A stretch of DNA of 64,000 nt from Candidatus Pacearchaeota archaeon (GCA_016866995.1 VGKQ01000003.1:118-64117); one strand, 5' to 3'. Shown: positions 46,390-56,700, numbered from the stretch's first letter. Numbers and translations: made by a program. Notes: generated by a model not told the origin, from the letters alone.

Positions 46390-48006
46390 ATGATAGAAAA
46401 AAAGCAAATTGGAGCAAAAATAGTATGGCCTTTTACAATTCCTTCCGGAATTATTACGACTCAGGTTTCTTGCATAAATAAGATTGCCAAAGAAATAGAA
46501 GAGATAGGAATATTAACAACTAAAAGTATTGGACCAGAAAAAAGGGAAGGAAATAAAGAACCTATTTTAACACAATATATGCCTGGATGTTTTCTGAATG
46601 CAGTTGGATTAACTAACCCCGGGGCAGAGGAATTTGCAAAACATCTTTCTTCTATTAAGATGCCAGAAGATAAATTTTTGCTTGTATCCATTTTTGGCAA
46701 AAATGCAGATGAATTTGTTTTTGTTGCCAAAAAATTAGAGAATTTTGTTGATGGATTTGAATTAAATCTCTCGTGTCCGCATGCAAAAGGATATGGTATG
46801 CAACTTGGGCAAGACCCAGAAGTAGTTGAGCAAATTACAAGAGCTGTTATAATTGCGACAAAAAAACCTGTTTTTGCTAAATTAACTCCAAATGTAAGTA
46901 ATATTGGAGACATTGCCCGTGCTGCAATTAAAGCTGGAGCTTTAGGATTGGTTGCTATTAATACAGTAGGTCCGGGATGTCATATTATAGACGGAAATCC
47001 GGTTTTAACAAATAAGAATGGGGGAGTTTCTGGAAAGTGCATAATGCCGATAGGTGTTAAAGTTGTTAAGGAAATCAGGGATGCTGTCGGTCCTGAGCCC
47101 ATAATAATTGGAATGGGTGGAATTTCGACAGCGAGAGATATTGAAGCTTATGAAAAAGCAGGAGCTAATTTCTTTGGAATTGGCAGCTCGTTGGCTGGAA
47201 TGAAAGATATTGAAATTAAAAATTATTTCTCTGCGCTTGTTTCTGACTTAAATACAAGAAGAAATAATGCAGCAGCATTGCTTAAGGATGTTGATATGAA
47301 CTATAAAAAAGTTAAAGTTACTGGTAAACTTGAGCAGTGTTCTGATTTTAAATTAATTAAAACAGAGGAGAAAATTGAAGCTTCTCCAGGGCAGTTTGTT
47401 TTTGCTTGGATTCCTGGAGTTGGAGAAAAGCCATTTTCTGTAATGGATGATGATCCTTTAATTTTAGGAGTTTTAGAGAGGGGGCAATTCACTCGAGCAA
47501 TTAATTCTTTGAAAGCAGGAGATAGTTTTTACATTAGGGGGCCGTATGGAAAACCAATTTTTATCCGGGATAATAGTGCTATTGTTTTAATTGGCGGAGG
47601 CTGCGGAGTCGCAGGATTGTTTTTGCTTGCCAAAAAATTCTCAAGCACAAATAAAATAATTATTCTTCTTGGAGCCAAAGATAAAAAGCATCTTTTTCAT
47701 TTAGATGAATTTAGAAAATATGGAAAAGTTTATGTTGCAACTGAAGATGGAAGTTCAGGAGAGAAAGGGTTAGTTACAGATTTATTAAAGAAAATTGTAC
47801 TTGAACCAAATAGTTATTTTTTTAATTGCGGGCCGAGGGCAATGATTGATGCTGTTCTGCCTTTGGAGCTTGCTATTTCTCCGCCAGACAGGGTTTATTC
47901 ATCTGCAGATTATATGACTTCATGCGGAGTTGGAATTTGCGGAAAGTGTGCAGATGAAAGAGGAAGAAGAACCTGTGTTGAAGGGCCTTTTATGGTTGCT
48001 TGCTAA
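46390..48006 (+). CDS. pyrD-pyrK: dihydroorotate dehydrogenase 1B catalytic subunit fused to the PyrK electron-transfer subunit
   Basis: The N-terminal ~300 aa is PyrD-like (NAVGLTNPG, LNLSCPH, GGVSG). The C-terminal ~235 aa is a PyrK-like FNR fold ending with the 2Fe-2S motif CGVGICGKC ... C. Confidence 0.8.
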   Translation: MIEKKQIGAKIVWPFTIPSGIITTQVSCINKIAKEIEEIGILTTKSIGPEKREGNKEPILTQYMPGCFLNAVGLTNPGAEEFAKHLSSIKMPEDKFLLVSIFGKNADEFVFVAKKLENFVDGFELNLSCPHAKGYGMQLGQDPEVVEQITRAVIIATKKPVFAKLTPNVSNIGDIARAAIKAGALGLVAINTVGPGCHIIDGNPVLTNKNGGVSGKCIMPIGVKVVKEIRDAVGPEPIIIGMGGISTARDIEAYEKAGANFFGIGSSLAGMKDIEIKNYFSALVSDLNTRRNNAAALLKDVDMNYKKVKVTGKLEQCSDFKLIKTEEKIEASPGQFVFAWIPGVGEKPFSVMDDDPLILGVLERGQFTRAINSLKAGDSFYIRGPYGKPIFIRDNSAIVLIGGGCGVAGLFLLAKKFSSTNKIIILLGAKDKKHLFHLDEFRKYGKVYVATEDGSSGEKGLVTDLLKKIVLEPNSYFFNCGPRAMIDAVLPLELAISPPDRVYSSADYMTSCGVGICGKCADERGRRTCVEGPFMVAC

Positions 48007-48059
48007 TTGTTATTTTAGAGTATAATTTAATTTAAAAATACTAAAAAACTTAAAAAAAT

Positions 48060-49067
48060 ATGGGAAAACCATATATTGCAATTGCGGGTTTGCCTGGAAA
48101 AATGGCAACTGTTTTTGCTGAAACTATGCTTCTAAAGCATTTAGATGATTTTATTGTGTTTGCTCAATCACTGACAGGAGAGAGCCAGCCAAGAGAAATA
48201 TCTCTTGGAAGAAATTTTAGTTTTTACTTAGTTCCTCCTGAAAAACATGAAGAGCATTTGAAAGGAATGACTGGAAATGAAACTTACAAGCCAGTTATTG
48301 CAGTTGATTTTACCCAGCCAGATGCTGTAAATAGAAATGCTGAATTATACTGCAAATATGGAATTCCGTTTGTAATGGGAACAACTGGAGGAGACAGGAA
48401 AGCTCTCGAGCAGGCTGTTATTGATTCTGGAAATATTGCTGTAATTGCTCCTAATATGGCTCTTCCTATTGTTGCTCTTCAGGCTTTTATGGATGATTTT
48501 TCAAGAAGGTATAAAGGAGAATTTAAGGGCTATGAACTTAGTGTAAGAGAAAGCCATCAAGCAGGAAAAAAAGATACAAGCGGGACTGCAAAAGCAATGA
48601 TTTCTTATTTTCAGAGAATGGGGATTGTGTTTGCTCCTGAGCAAATAGAAATGATTAGAAATCAAGAAGAACAGAGGGCAATGGGTGTTCCAGAAGAACA
48701 TTTAGGAGGACACGGCTGGCATACTTATACTTTAACTACTCCTGAAAGAGCAACCATATTTCCCTTTGCTACATTAAGAAGTACATTTAGAGATTTCTTA
48801 GAGGGCAAGGTTTTTGCAGATTATTCTGATGTCTCTGGTCCTCCTTACTGGAAGAGAGTATCACCAGATGGAAATGTTGTTGTAGGAATACAAGATCTTG
48901 GAGATAAGGCTGTTGAACTATTTCACAACATTAACGGCAGACAGGTTTATGCTGATGGAGGAATTCAATTAGTTGGATTTTTAGCAAGAAGAATTGAAGC
49001 AGGAGAGAGGGGAAAAGTTTACACTGCTGTTGATGCTCTAAGGGAAATGGAGGTAAGTAAATCCTAG
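48060..49067 (+). CDS. dapB: 4-hydroxy-tetrahydrodipicolinate reductase, long form
   Basis: AVDFTQPDAV, MGTTG and ESHQAGKKDTSGTAKA, corresponding to the E-x-H-H-x-x-K-x-D-x-P-S-G-T-A region of DapB. Confidence 0.7.
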   Translation: MGKPYIAIAGLPGKMATVFAETMLLKHLDDFIVFAQSLTGESQPREISLGRNFSFYLVPPEKHEEHLKGMTGNETYKPVIAVDFTQPDAVNRNAELYCKYGIPFVMGTTGGDRKALEQAVIDSGNIAVIAPNMALPIVALQAFMDDFSRRYKGEFKGYELSVRESHQAGKKDTSGTAKAMISYFQRMGIVFAPEQIEMIRNQEEQRAMGVPEEHLGGHGWHTYTLTTPERATIFPFATLRSTFRDFLEGKVFADYSDVSGPPYWKRVSPDGNVVVGIQDLGDKAVELFHNINGRQVYADGGIQLVGFLARRIEAGERGKVYTAVDALREMEVSKS

Positions 49068-49071
49068 AAAA

Positions 49072-50088
49072 ATGCCAGAACCAAGGAAACTGAAGACGAA
49101 GATAGCAATTGTAGGATGGGGAAATGTTGGGAGAGGGGTTTATCAGGCTATACAGAAAAATCCTGACATGGAATTAATAGGAATAATCTCCAGGACTCCT
49201 AAACGAGTTAATGATGAATTTGGAAATAAACCTGATGCCCCATTAATCTATGCTTTAGGAACAGTTGACGATAATTTATGGAAAAGAATGGAAGCGGATG
49301 TTGCTGTATTATGCGGGGGAAGCGCGACTGACTTGCCTGAACAAGGTCCGTATTTTGCACAGTTTTTTAACACAGTTGATAGTTTTGACACTCACGCAAA
49401 AATTCCAGAGTATTTTGATAAAATGAATAGAGTGGCTAAAGGGAATAATCATGTTGCGGTTATATCTGCTGGATGGGATCCTGGAATATTTTCAGTTGAG
49501 AGAGTTTTAGGAAATGCTTTTCTTCCTGGCTCAAGAGCTTACACTTTCTGGGGAAGAGGAGTCAGCCAGGGACATTCTGATGCATTAAGAAGAGTTCCAG
49601 GAGTGTTGGACGCAATTCAGTACACTGTTCCTGTTCAAGAGGCTTTGAGTTCAGTAAGAAGTGGAGTTAATCCTGAGCTAACAACAAGGCAGAAACATAT
49701 GAGAGAGTGCTTTGTTGCTTTAAAACCCAGAGCAAATCCAGATGAAGTTAGAAAGGCAATTGTTACAATGCCAAATTATTTTGCAGATTATAATACTAGT
49801 GTTGTGTTTGAGACTCCTGAGCAGGTAGCTAAGAGAAAAAAGGAGATGCCTCATGCTGGATTTGTGCTTACATCTGGAAAAACTGGAAATGGAAATAAAG
49901 CGGTTGTAGAATATTCTAATACTTGGAAGAGTAATCCTGAAGCAACTGGAAGTATTTTAGTTGCTTGTGCGAGAGCGTGTCATAGACTTTCTCTTGAGGG
50001 CAGGGCAGGAGCATTTACAATGCTTGATATTCCTCCTGCAATGCTTTCTCCGCTTTCTCAGGAAGAACTTTTAAGAAGTTGGATGTAA
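49072..50088 (+). CDS. ddh: meso-diaminopimelate D-dehydrogenase
   Basis: Colinear with Corynebacterium Ddh as recalled: IAIVGWGNVGRGV, GSATDLPEQ, SAGWDPGIFS, FWGRGVSQGHSDALRRVPGV. Confidence 0.85.
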   Translation: MPEPRKLKTKIAIVGWGNVGRGVYQAIQKNPDMELIGIISRTPKRVNDEFGNKPDAPLIYALGTVDDNLWKRMEADVAVLCGGSATDLPEQGPYFAQFFNTVDSFDTHAKIPEYFDKMNRVAKGNNHVAVISAGWDPGIFSVERVLGNAFLPGSRAYTFWGRGVSQGHSDALRRVPGVLDAIQYTVPVQEALSSVRSGVNPELTTRQKHMRECFVALKPRANPDEVRKAIVTMPNYFADYNTSVVFETPEQVAKRKKEMPHAGFVLTSGKTGNGNKAVVEYSNTWKSNPEATGSILVACARACHRLSLEGRAGAFTMLDIPPAMLSPLSQEELLRSWM

Positions 50089-50089
50089 A

Positions 50090-51379
50090 ATGGCGAGTAA
50101 AACAAAACCTGAACCATTAAGTCCGGTTGTGTCTCCTGATGAAGTGAGAGAAATTGCGAATAGGTTTGGAACTCCTGTTTATGTTTATTCTCAGAGAATT
50201 CTTGAACAACAAGCAGATAGTGCACTTGCTTTTCCGAATGCATACGGATTGACAGTGAGATATGCTATGAAAGCAAATCCGAATATGAATATTGCCAGGC
50301 TTTTTCGTAAAAGAGGAATATTGTTAGATGTTTCTTCTGGATTTGAAGCTGAGAGAGCGCGTATGAAAGCTGAAATTCCGTACGAAGATATGCTAATGAC
50401 AAGCCAGGAAATTCCAGAAAATCTTTTTGGATTAGTTGAATTTGGGCTTGACTATAATGCATGTTCTCAACATCAGCTTGAGAACTTTGGCATCTTTTTC
50501 CCAGGCAAAGAGGTTTCTGTTAGAATTAACCCAGGAGCGGGAAGTGGAGGAACAAACAGAACTAATACTGGTGGAGAGAGTGCGAGTTTTGGAATCTGGC
50601 ATGAGCAACTTGATGATGTTTTTAGATTAGCTAGAAAGTATGAGTTAAATGTAAAAAGAGTGCATACTCATATTGGTTCGGGCTCTGACCCTGCTGTCTG
50701 GCAGAGAGTTGCCGGCATGTCTCTTGATATTGTTGCAAGATTCCTGGAACAAGGGCATGATGTTAGAACTCTTAATCTTGGCGGGGGATATAAAGTTGCA
50801 AGAATGAGTTATGAAAAGGCAACTGATTTGCAGGAATGTGGAAAACCTGTTAAAGAAGCATTTAAAGAATTTGCAAGAGACAAAGGAGTTAAGCTCGGGC
50901 TTGAGATTGAGCCCGGAACTTTTCTTGTTGCAAATGCCGGATGTATTATTGCGAAAGTGATAGACTTGAAAAGAACTGCAAAATATAAATTTTTAATTAC
51001 TGACACTGGAATGCCTGAAGTAACTAGGCCGAGTTTATATGGAGCACAGCATCCGATTGCAGTTGTTCATAGAAGTCCCAGTGATGGAGAAAGAGAACCA
51101 GAGAGAGTTATTGTTTCTGGGCATTGCTGCGAATCAGGAGATATTTTAACTCCTGCTCCCGGAGATTCTGAAAAATTGAAACCAAGATGGGTGGAAGGAA
51201 TGAGCAGAGGAGATTTTGTTGTTATTGGAGGAACAGGAGCGTATTGTGCTGGAATGTCTACTATTAATTATAACTCTTATCCACAATCTCCAGAGGTTCT
51301 GATTACTGGAAGAGGAATTGAATTGATAAGAAAAAGGCAGACACTAGAGCAGATGACTCGGAATGAACTGGTTATTTAA
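50090..51379 (+). CDS. lysA: diaminopimelate decarboxylase
   Basis: Fold-III PLP decarboxylase pattern (YAMKANPN, HTHIGSG, GGGY, CESGD). Confidence 0.85.
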   Translation: MASKTKPEPLSPVVSPDEVREIANRFGTPVYVYSQRILEQQADSALAFPNAYGLTVRYAMKANPNMNIARLFRKRGILLDVSSGFEAERARMKAEIPYEDMLMTSQEIPENLFGLVEFGLDYNACSQHQLENFGIFFPGKEVSVRINPGAGSGGTNRTNTGGESASFGIWHEQLDDVFRLARKYELNVKRVHTHIGSGSDPAVWQRVAGMSLDIVARFLEQGHDVRTLNLGGGYKVARMSYEKATDLQECGKPVKEAFKEFARDKGVKLGLEIEPGTFLVANAGCIIAKVIDLKRTAKYKFLITDTGMPEVTRPSLYGAQHPIAVVHRSPSDGEREPERVIVSGHCCESGDILTPAPGDSEKLKPRWVEGMSRGDFVVIGGTGAYCAGMSTINYNSYPQSPEVLITGRGIELIRKRQTLEQMTRNELVI

Positions 51380-53649
51380 CTTCCTTGATTTTCTTCCTTT
51401 TTCTTCTGATACTCTAGTCTTGTTGGGCAATCCGGATTGAAGCAGAATTTCCAGGGTTTTCTTGATTTTTTTATTGACAATAATAACGGGAACTGGCATT
51501 CTGGGCAGAATTCCTGCTTTCCTTCTTTATCTTTGCTTGGCTTAATCAGAGCATTCGGAGGCAAACTAAATGTGGTTTTGCATTCAGGATAGCCTGAACA
51601 TGCAACAAAATATCTTCTCGAGTTTCTGTTAAATAGAATTCTCAGCTTACTTTTTTTGCACAGAGGGCATATAATTAATTCATTTTCTTTCCTTTCTTCT
51701 TCTCTTAAGTCATTTCCTGCTTTTACAAGCTCTTCACCTATTTTCTTCTCATGCTTCTTAAAATCTTCTGAAATTTTGATTATTGAGTTTTTCGCGTCTT
51801 TTATTATTTTTTCCTGCTTTTCCTTCAAATTTTTCTTTGCCTGCTCGATAAGCTCCATTTCCTTCTCAAAATTTCTTGTTAATTTTTCATCAATTATAAT
51901 TGGAGAGTGCTTCTTCAAGCTTGAAATTAAAGAGATGCCGAGAGGTGTTGCTTTTATTGACTGTTCTTTTATATATCCTCTTGTGTATAATGTTTCAACT
52001 ATGCTCGCCCGTGTTGCTTTTGTTCCGAGATTTCTTTTTGCAAGCTCTGAAACCAGAGATGCAGGAGAGTATCTTCTTTGGGGCTGTGTCATTTTTTCCT
52101 CTATTCTTGAATCTTCTATAATTCTTTTTCCATTTATGTCTGGCAACTCTTTTTCATCAAGCTTTATCTTATAAACTTCCATCCATGCTTTCTTTTTTAT
52201 TTCCAATCCTCTTGCAATAAACCTGTAATTTTCGTATAATGCTGTTATTATCTTGTTTTCAACTTCTGCATCCTCACAGAAGCAGGCGAGAAATCTTCTT
52301 ACAATCAAATCATAAATTTTTTTGTCTTCTCCTGCCAAGCTTGAGAATTCTCCTGTTGGATAAATTGAAGGATGAGCAGGGTCTGACTTGCTTCCTTCTA
52401 CTGCTTTTTCTCGTGAACATAATTTTGTATCATAAACTTTTCCAAGTTTCTTGATAATTGCTTTTGGATTTATAGATTCTGGAATTTTCTGGCTTGATGT
52501 TCTAGGATAACTTATCAAGCCAGCAAGATAGAGATTTTGAGCTATTTGAAGTGTTCTTCCCGGGTTTATTGAGAAAAATTTGTATGCTTCTGTCTGCAAA
52601 CTAGTTAAGTCAAAAGGGGCAGGGGGCTTTATTTTTTGAAGAGATTTTTCTGTTTTTAACTCTGATGTTTTCCCTTTTAGATTTTTGAATGGAATTAATT
52701 CAGATTTTTTTGTTATATCTTTATTATACTTGAGTTCGATGCCATCAATTATAATATAAACCTGCCAGTAGGGAGATGGCTTGAAATTTGATATCTGAAG
52801 CTCTTTTTCTACAATTATATTTAAAGCAGGGCCTTGAACTCTGCCTATACTTAAAATTTTAAAGCTTCCTGCAAGTTTTATTGCTTCCATTAAGGCTCTG
52901 GATAGATTTATGCCGTAAAACCAGTCTAAATAATGTCTTGTCTCTCCTGCTATTCCCTGCCCCCAGTTTAAAGTTGGAGAAATATTCTTATATGCTTCTT
53001 CTAATTCTGGCTTTGTCAAACTTGAGAATTTCATTCTTTTAGCATCTTGCTGTTTTGCAATAAACTTAATAATATTCAATCCGATAACTTCTCCTTCTAT
53101 GTCATAATCTGTCGCCACAATATAATCAGAAGCATTCTTGCACAATTTCACAAGAAGAGAATAATATTTTTTTGCCCATAAGTTTTTTTTGAATTCTGCT
53201 TTCCACTCAATATTGAAAACAGGCCAGCCTTTTTCACCTTTTTTTGCTGTAAGTCCCAGCAAGTGCCCAACTGCACAGGCTACAATTATTTTTTTATTTT
53301 CTCGCTCAAATTCGTAATAAGGGGCTCCCTGTTCTGAGTATTTTCTTGCATTTCCAAGAGAGCTTGCAATTTTTAATGCTGCTTGTGGCTTTTCTGTTAT
53401 AATTAATGTGTATCCTCTGCTTATTTTTCTTTTGCTTTCTTTTTTCTCTATTTTTTCTGTTTCTTCGCTTATGTTTCGTGTTTTAAGCCTGCCAATTTTT
53501 GTTTTTTTCCCTTGCTCTATTTTTATTATATTTTTTTCCTCTGGCTGCTTTACTGGAACTTCCACAACCTGCTTGACATTTGCAGGATTAAAGGGAATAT
53601 ATGCTTCCCTTTCTTTTTCCTGTTTTTCAATTTCTTTTTTTCTGCTCAT
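51376..53649 (-). CDS. topA: DNA topoisomerase I (type IA) with K/E-rich N-terminal extension and C-terminal zinc ribbons
   Basis: Toprim LIITEKP and DYDIEGE. Active-site ISYPRTSSQ. C-terminal CPLC ... C-x-GYPEC and CPEC ... C motifs. Confidence 0.9.
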   Translation of the reverse strand: MSRKKEIEKQEKEREAYIPFNPANVKQVVEVPVKQPEEKNIIKIEQGKKTKIGRLKTRNISEETEKIEKKESKRKISRGYTLIITEKPQAALKIASSLGNARKYSEQGAPYYEFERENKKIIVACAVGHLLGLTAKKGEKGWPVFNIEWKAEFKKNLWAKKYYSLLVKLCKNASDYIVATDYDIEGEVIGLNIIKFIAKQQDAKRMKFSSLTKPELEEAYKNISPTLNWGQGIAGETRHYLDWFYGINLSRALMEAIKLAGSFKILSIGRVQGPALNIIVEKELQISNFKPSPYWQVYIIIDGIELKYNKDITKKSELIPFKNLKGKTSELKTEKSLQKIKPPAPFDLTSLQTEAYKFFSINPGRTLQIAQNLYLAGLISYPRTSSQKIPESINPKAIIKKLGKVYDTKLCSREKAVEGSKSDPAHPSIYPTGEFSSLAGEDKKIYDLIVRRFLACFCEDAEVENKIITALYENYRFIARGLEIKKKAWMEVYKIKLDEKELPDINGKRIIEDSRIEEKMTQPQRRYSPASLVSELAKRNLGTKATRASIVETLYTRGYIKEQSIKATPLGISLISSLKKHSPIIIDEKLTRNFEKEMELIEQAKKNLKEKQEKIIKDAKNSIIKISEDFKKHEKKIGEELVKAGNDLREEERKENELIICPLCKKSKLRILFNRNSRRYFVACSGYPECKTTFSLPPNALIKPSKDKEGKQEFCPECQFPLLLSIKKSRKPWKFCFNPDCPTRLEYQKKKEENQGS

Positions 53650-53660
53650 GTTTTTTATTT

Positions 53661-54497
53661 TTATTTTAGCTTTTTCAGCTCTTGAATTCTTTTTCTCGCA
53701 TCAATTGATTGCGAGAAAAGCTTCCAGAAAATTCTGGATAGCCATTCTGTCCAGTCCTTATCTTTGATTGTATAGAATATAAAAATCTTTTTATCAAGCT
53801 CGTGAAGCTTTCCTGTCGGCTCTTTTATCTCTTTTATCCTAAAAAGCTTGTTGTCAAAGATAAATGCCCTAATTGGATGCTCTCTATGTCTGATTTCTAT
53901 ACATTCTCTTCCATATTTGAAATTTAATGAAAGAACACGCTCTATATTATTTATTCCTGCAAGGTCTATTCTGCATAATATCTTTATTGTAACCCCTTTT
54001 TTCACAAGATCCTCTAGAATTTTGAATACATCAATTGTTTTATTTTTTAGATTTATAAAAGAAAGATTTCCAGAAAGAATTGTAAGCTGTTTCTCTGTTT
54101 TTTTAAATAATTCTCCCAGTTCCTTAAGATTGTCTCCTGATTCATCAATCGCTTTTTCTACTATTGCTTTTTTGTTTTTATCTTGAACATGCTGGAATAT
54201 GTCAAATGCTGAAAAGTCTTCTTTTTTCCTTGCTCTTAGTATTTCTTGTTCAAGCTGCTCTTGGAATACTGAACTTGAGGCTTTTTCTATACTGCTCCAG
54301 AAAACTATTTTTAATGCTCCTCTTGTTCCTTCTCTGAATACTCGGGTTGACAATGTTCCAAAATTCTTTTCTATATCTTGTATATATCTGTCTGCTGTTC
54401 TCCAGTTTTTTCCTGTATGTTCTGCTATTTCCTGTATGCTTCTCGGCTTCAGGTAGACAAAATCTTCTATTTTCTTTGTTATGGCACTATCTAACAT
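53661..54497 (-). CDS. wHTH regulator with TrmB-C/PLD-like C-terminal domain
   Basis: N-terminal wHTH (RSIQEIAEHTGKNWRTADRYIQDIE). The C-terminal beta-rich domain resembles the TrmB sensor half. Confidence 0.45.
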   Translation of the reverse strand: MLDSAITKKIEDFVYLKPRSIQEIAEHTGKNWRTADRYIQDIEKNFGTLSTRVFREGTRGALKIVFWSSIEKASSSVFQEQLEQEILRARKKEDFSAFDIFQHVQDKNKKAIVEKAIDESGDNLKELGELFKKTEKQLTILSGNLSFINLKNKTIDVFKILEDLVKKGVTIKILCRIDLAGINNIERVLSLNFKYGRECIEIRHREHPIRAFIFDNKLFRIKEIKEPTGKLHELDKKIFIFYTIKDKDWTEWLSRIFWKLFSQSIDARKRIQELKKLK

Positions 54498-54594
54498 GAT
54501 AGATAATAGATCTTAGGGTATAAAAGCTTTATGCAACACTGCAGACAATTTATGTACAAAAATATGTATATAGTTTGCATGTCTATGATTTGAT

Positions 54595-55227
54595 ATGGAA
54601 AATAAAATAATTTTAATTGGAGGAGTTCCGGGAACAGGGAAAAGCACATTAGCAACTGAATTAGCAAAAAGTTTTGGAATAGAGCATGTAATTCATACAG
54701 ACATAATAAGAGATGTTATGAGGAGTTATGAAGATAAAACTAAAAATCCTCTTTTATTTGATGTTTCCCACAAGTGCTGGAAATATTTTGGAGAATTAAA
54801 TAATTGTAATGTTATTAAAGGATTTTTTGAACATACTTTTTTGATGAAAAGCATAATAAAGAAATTAATATTTAATAATATAAAGGCAGGAACAAGTGCA
54901 GTCATAGAAGGAGTTCATATAACACCATTTCTCGCTCTTGAAATTCCCAAAAATATACCTATTTTTATTCTTTCTATAAACAATAAAAATGAGCATTTTA
55001 AGATGTTTGATAATAAGAATAATAGAAGAACAATCAAAAATGAGGAATGGTATGAAAATTACAATAATATTTCTTTAATCCAAGATAAAATCTCTTTATT
55101 GGCTGAAAAATTATCCCCAAATTTTAATGTACATTTAATAGAGAATAAGTCTTTTGATAAAACTCTTGATGAAATAAATTTTATATTAAAAAATGGAAGA
55201 CTTGAGAGAATGCGACTATGTTGTTGA
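54595..55227 (+). CDS. 2-phosphoglycerate-kinase-like P-loop kinase
   Basis: ILIGGVPGTGKSTLATELAKSFGIEHVIHTDIIRDVMR matches the 2PGK family N-terminus. Confidence 0.6.
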   Translation: MENKIILIGGVPGTGKSTLATELAKSFGIEHVIHTDIIRDVMRSYEDKTKNPLLFDVSHKCWKYFGELNNCNVIKGFFEHTFLMKSIIKKLIFNNIKAGTSAVIEGVHITPFLALEIPKNIPIFILSINNKNEHFKMFDNKNNRRTIKNEEWYENYNNISLIQDKISLLAEKLSPNFNVHLIENKSFDKTLDEINFILKNGRLERMRLCC

Positions 55228-56065
55228 TAAAAATTACAGAATTTATATTGTAAGAGGATATAAAAACAAAAATAAAATTTTAGCTAATTTAGTATTTGAG
55301 CCCTCTAGTAAAGGAAGATATAATATTTTATTCAAAAAAAATTATCAGAAAGTAATAGATAATAATATTATGCCCTGTTTTTTAAAAAGAAAGAACATCA
55401 AATTTATTTTCAAGCCAAATAAGGAATTCTCTAAAATTTATAATAAGATAAAAGAAAGCAAATGGGAAGAGATTGCTGATTTTATTATGCGTCTTGGCGT
55501 CAAAAAAGATGATATTGGAATATTTGGCTCTGCATTGCTTGGTTTTGACATAGAAAAAGATGTTGATTTTGTAGTTTATGGAATTAAAAATTATAATAAA
55601 ATTAAAAATAATATTAAAAAATTAAAAAATAAGCTTGTGATTGGGAATATAAACAAAAATCATATATCTTATCAAATAAAAAAACATGGAAGTAAATTTT
55701 CAAAAAAGAACAGTTTTAGCTTGATGCTGAGAAATAAATGGGCATCTATGCAGATAAACAAGAAAATTCTTAGCACAATACGGTTTGTTTATGATAAAAA
55801 CGAAGTTCCTGAAGATATTCAGATTAAAAAAGGCAAAAAAATAATTATTTCTGGCAAAACATTTGGCTGCTGGAGGACTAACTTTAGCCCAAGAATTTTT
55901 AAGATAATAACAAGCAAAAGAGAATACAGAGTTTTAACTTATTTTTGGATATATCAGTCTTGTGTCAGAGACGGGCAGAAAGTAAGGATAAAGGGCGAGC
56001 TTAATAAAAAGAATAATACAATTTATTTGTCTAAATTTCAGCACTGGATTAAAATTTTAAAATGA
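55193..56065 (+). CDS. Pol-beta-superfamily nucleotidyltransferase with C-terminal OB-like region
   Basis: GIFGSALLGFDIEKDVDFVV is a G-S-x(n)-D-x-D signature. The rest is not recognised. Confidence 0.4.
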   Translation: MEDLRECDYVVDKNYRIYIVRGYKNKNKILANLVFEPSSKGRYNILFKKNYQKVIDNNIMPCFLKRKNIKFIFKPNKEFSKIYNKIKESKWEEIADFIMRLGVKKDDIGIFGSALLGFDIEKDVDFVVYGIKNYNKIKNNIKKLKNKLVIGNINKNHISYQIKKHGSKFSKKNSFSLMLRNKWASMQINKKILSTIRFVYDKNEVPEDIQIKKGKKIIISGKTFGCWRTNFSPRIFKIITSKREYRVLTYFWIYQSCVRDGQKVRIKGELNKKNNTIYLSKFQHWIKILK

Positions 56066-56670
56066 AGTATGATTCCAAAAATGCAGAGAGAATATATAAT
56101 AAATATTGCAAAAAATATGAAAAAAGAACAATAAAATATGCAAAAAAATTCTTATCTTTTGATATTAATTTGTTTCTTGGGAATTTGCCTGGGAAAAATA
56201 TACTTGATTTAGGAAGTGGGCCCGGGAGAGACAGCTTATTATTTAAAAAAAGAGGATTTAATCCACTTTGCCTTGATATTTCGGAAGGAATGCTTAATCT
56301 ATGCAAAAATAAAGGATTAAAAACAATAAAAATGAATTTTGAGAATATAGATTTAAATAAGAATTTTGATGGGATTTGGTCTTATACTTCTTTAACTACA
56401 ATTCCTAAAAAATTAGCAGAACAAGTTATAAGAAAGGTGTATTCTTTGTTAAATGATAATGGGATATTTTACTTAGGAATTATAGAGGGAAATTTTGAAG
56501 GCTGGAAAGAGCCTGATAAAAAATATAAGCTGAAAAGATTTGTGTCAAGATATAATTTTAATGAGATTTTGAATATGTGCAAAAATTTTGAATTATTATA
56601 TTTCAAAAAAATATCTAATAAAGAAACAGGTAGAAATACTTATCTTAATTTTATGTTTAGGAAAATCTAA
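56062..56670 (+). CDS. class I SAM-dependent methyltransferase
   Basis: Motif I ILDLGSGPGRD. Overlaps the upstream stop. Confidence 0.7.
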   Translation: MKYDSKNAERIYNKYCKKYEKRTIKYAKKFLSFDINLFLGNLPGKNILDLGSGPGRDSLLFKKRGFNPLCLDISEGMLNLCKNKGLKTIKMNFENIDLNKNFDGIWSYTSLTTIPKKLAEQVIRKVYSLLNDNGIFYLGIIEGNFEGWKEPDKKYKLKRFVSRYNFNEILNMCKNFELLYFKKISNKETGRNTYLNFMFRKI

Positions 56671-56700
56671 ATTTCAATAATCCTGCCTTTTCTTAATGAT

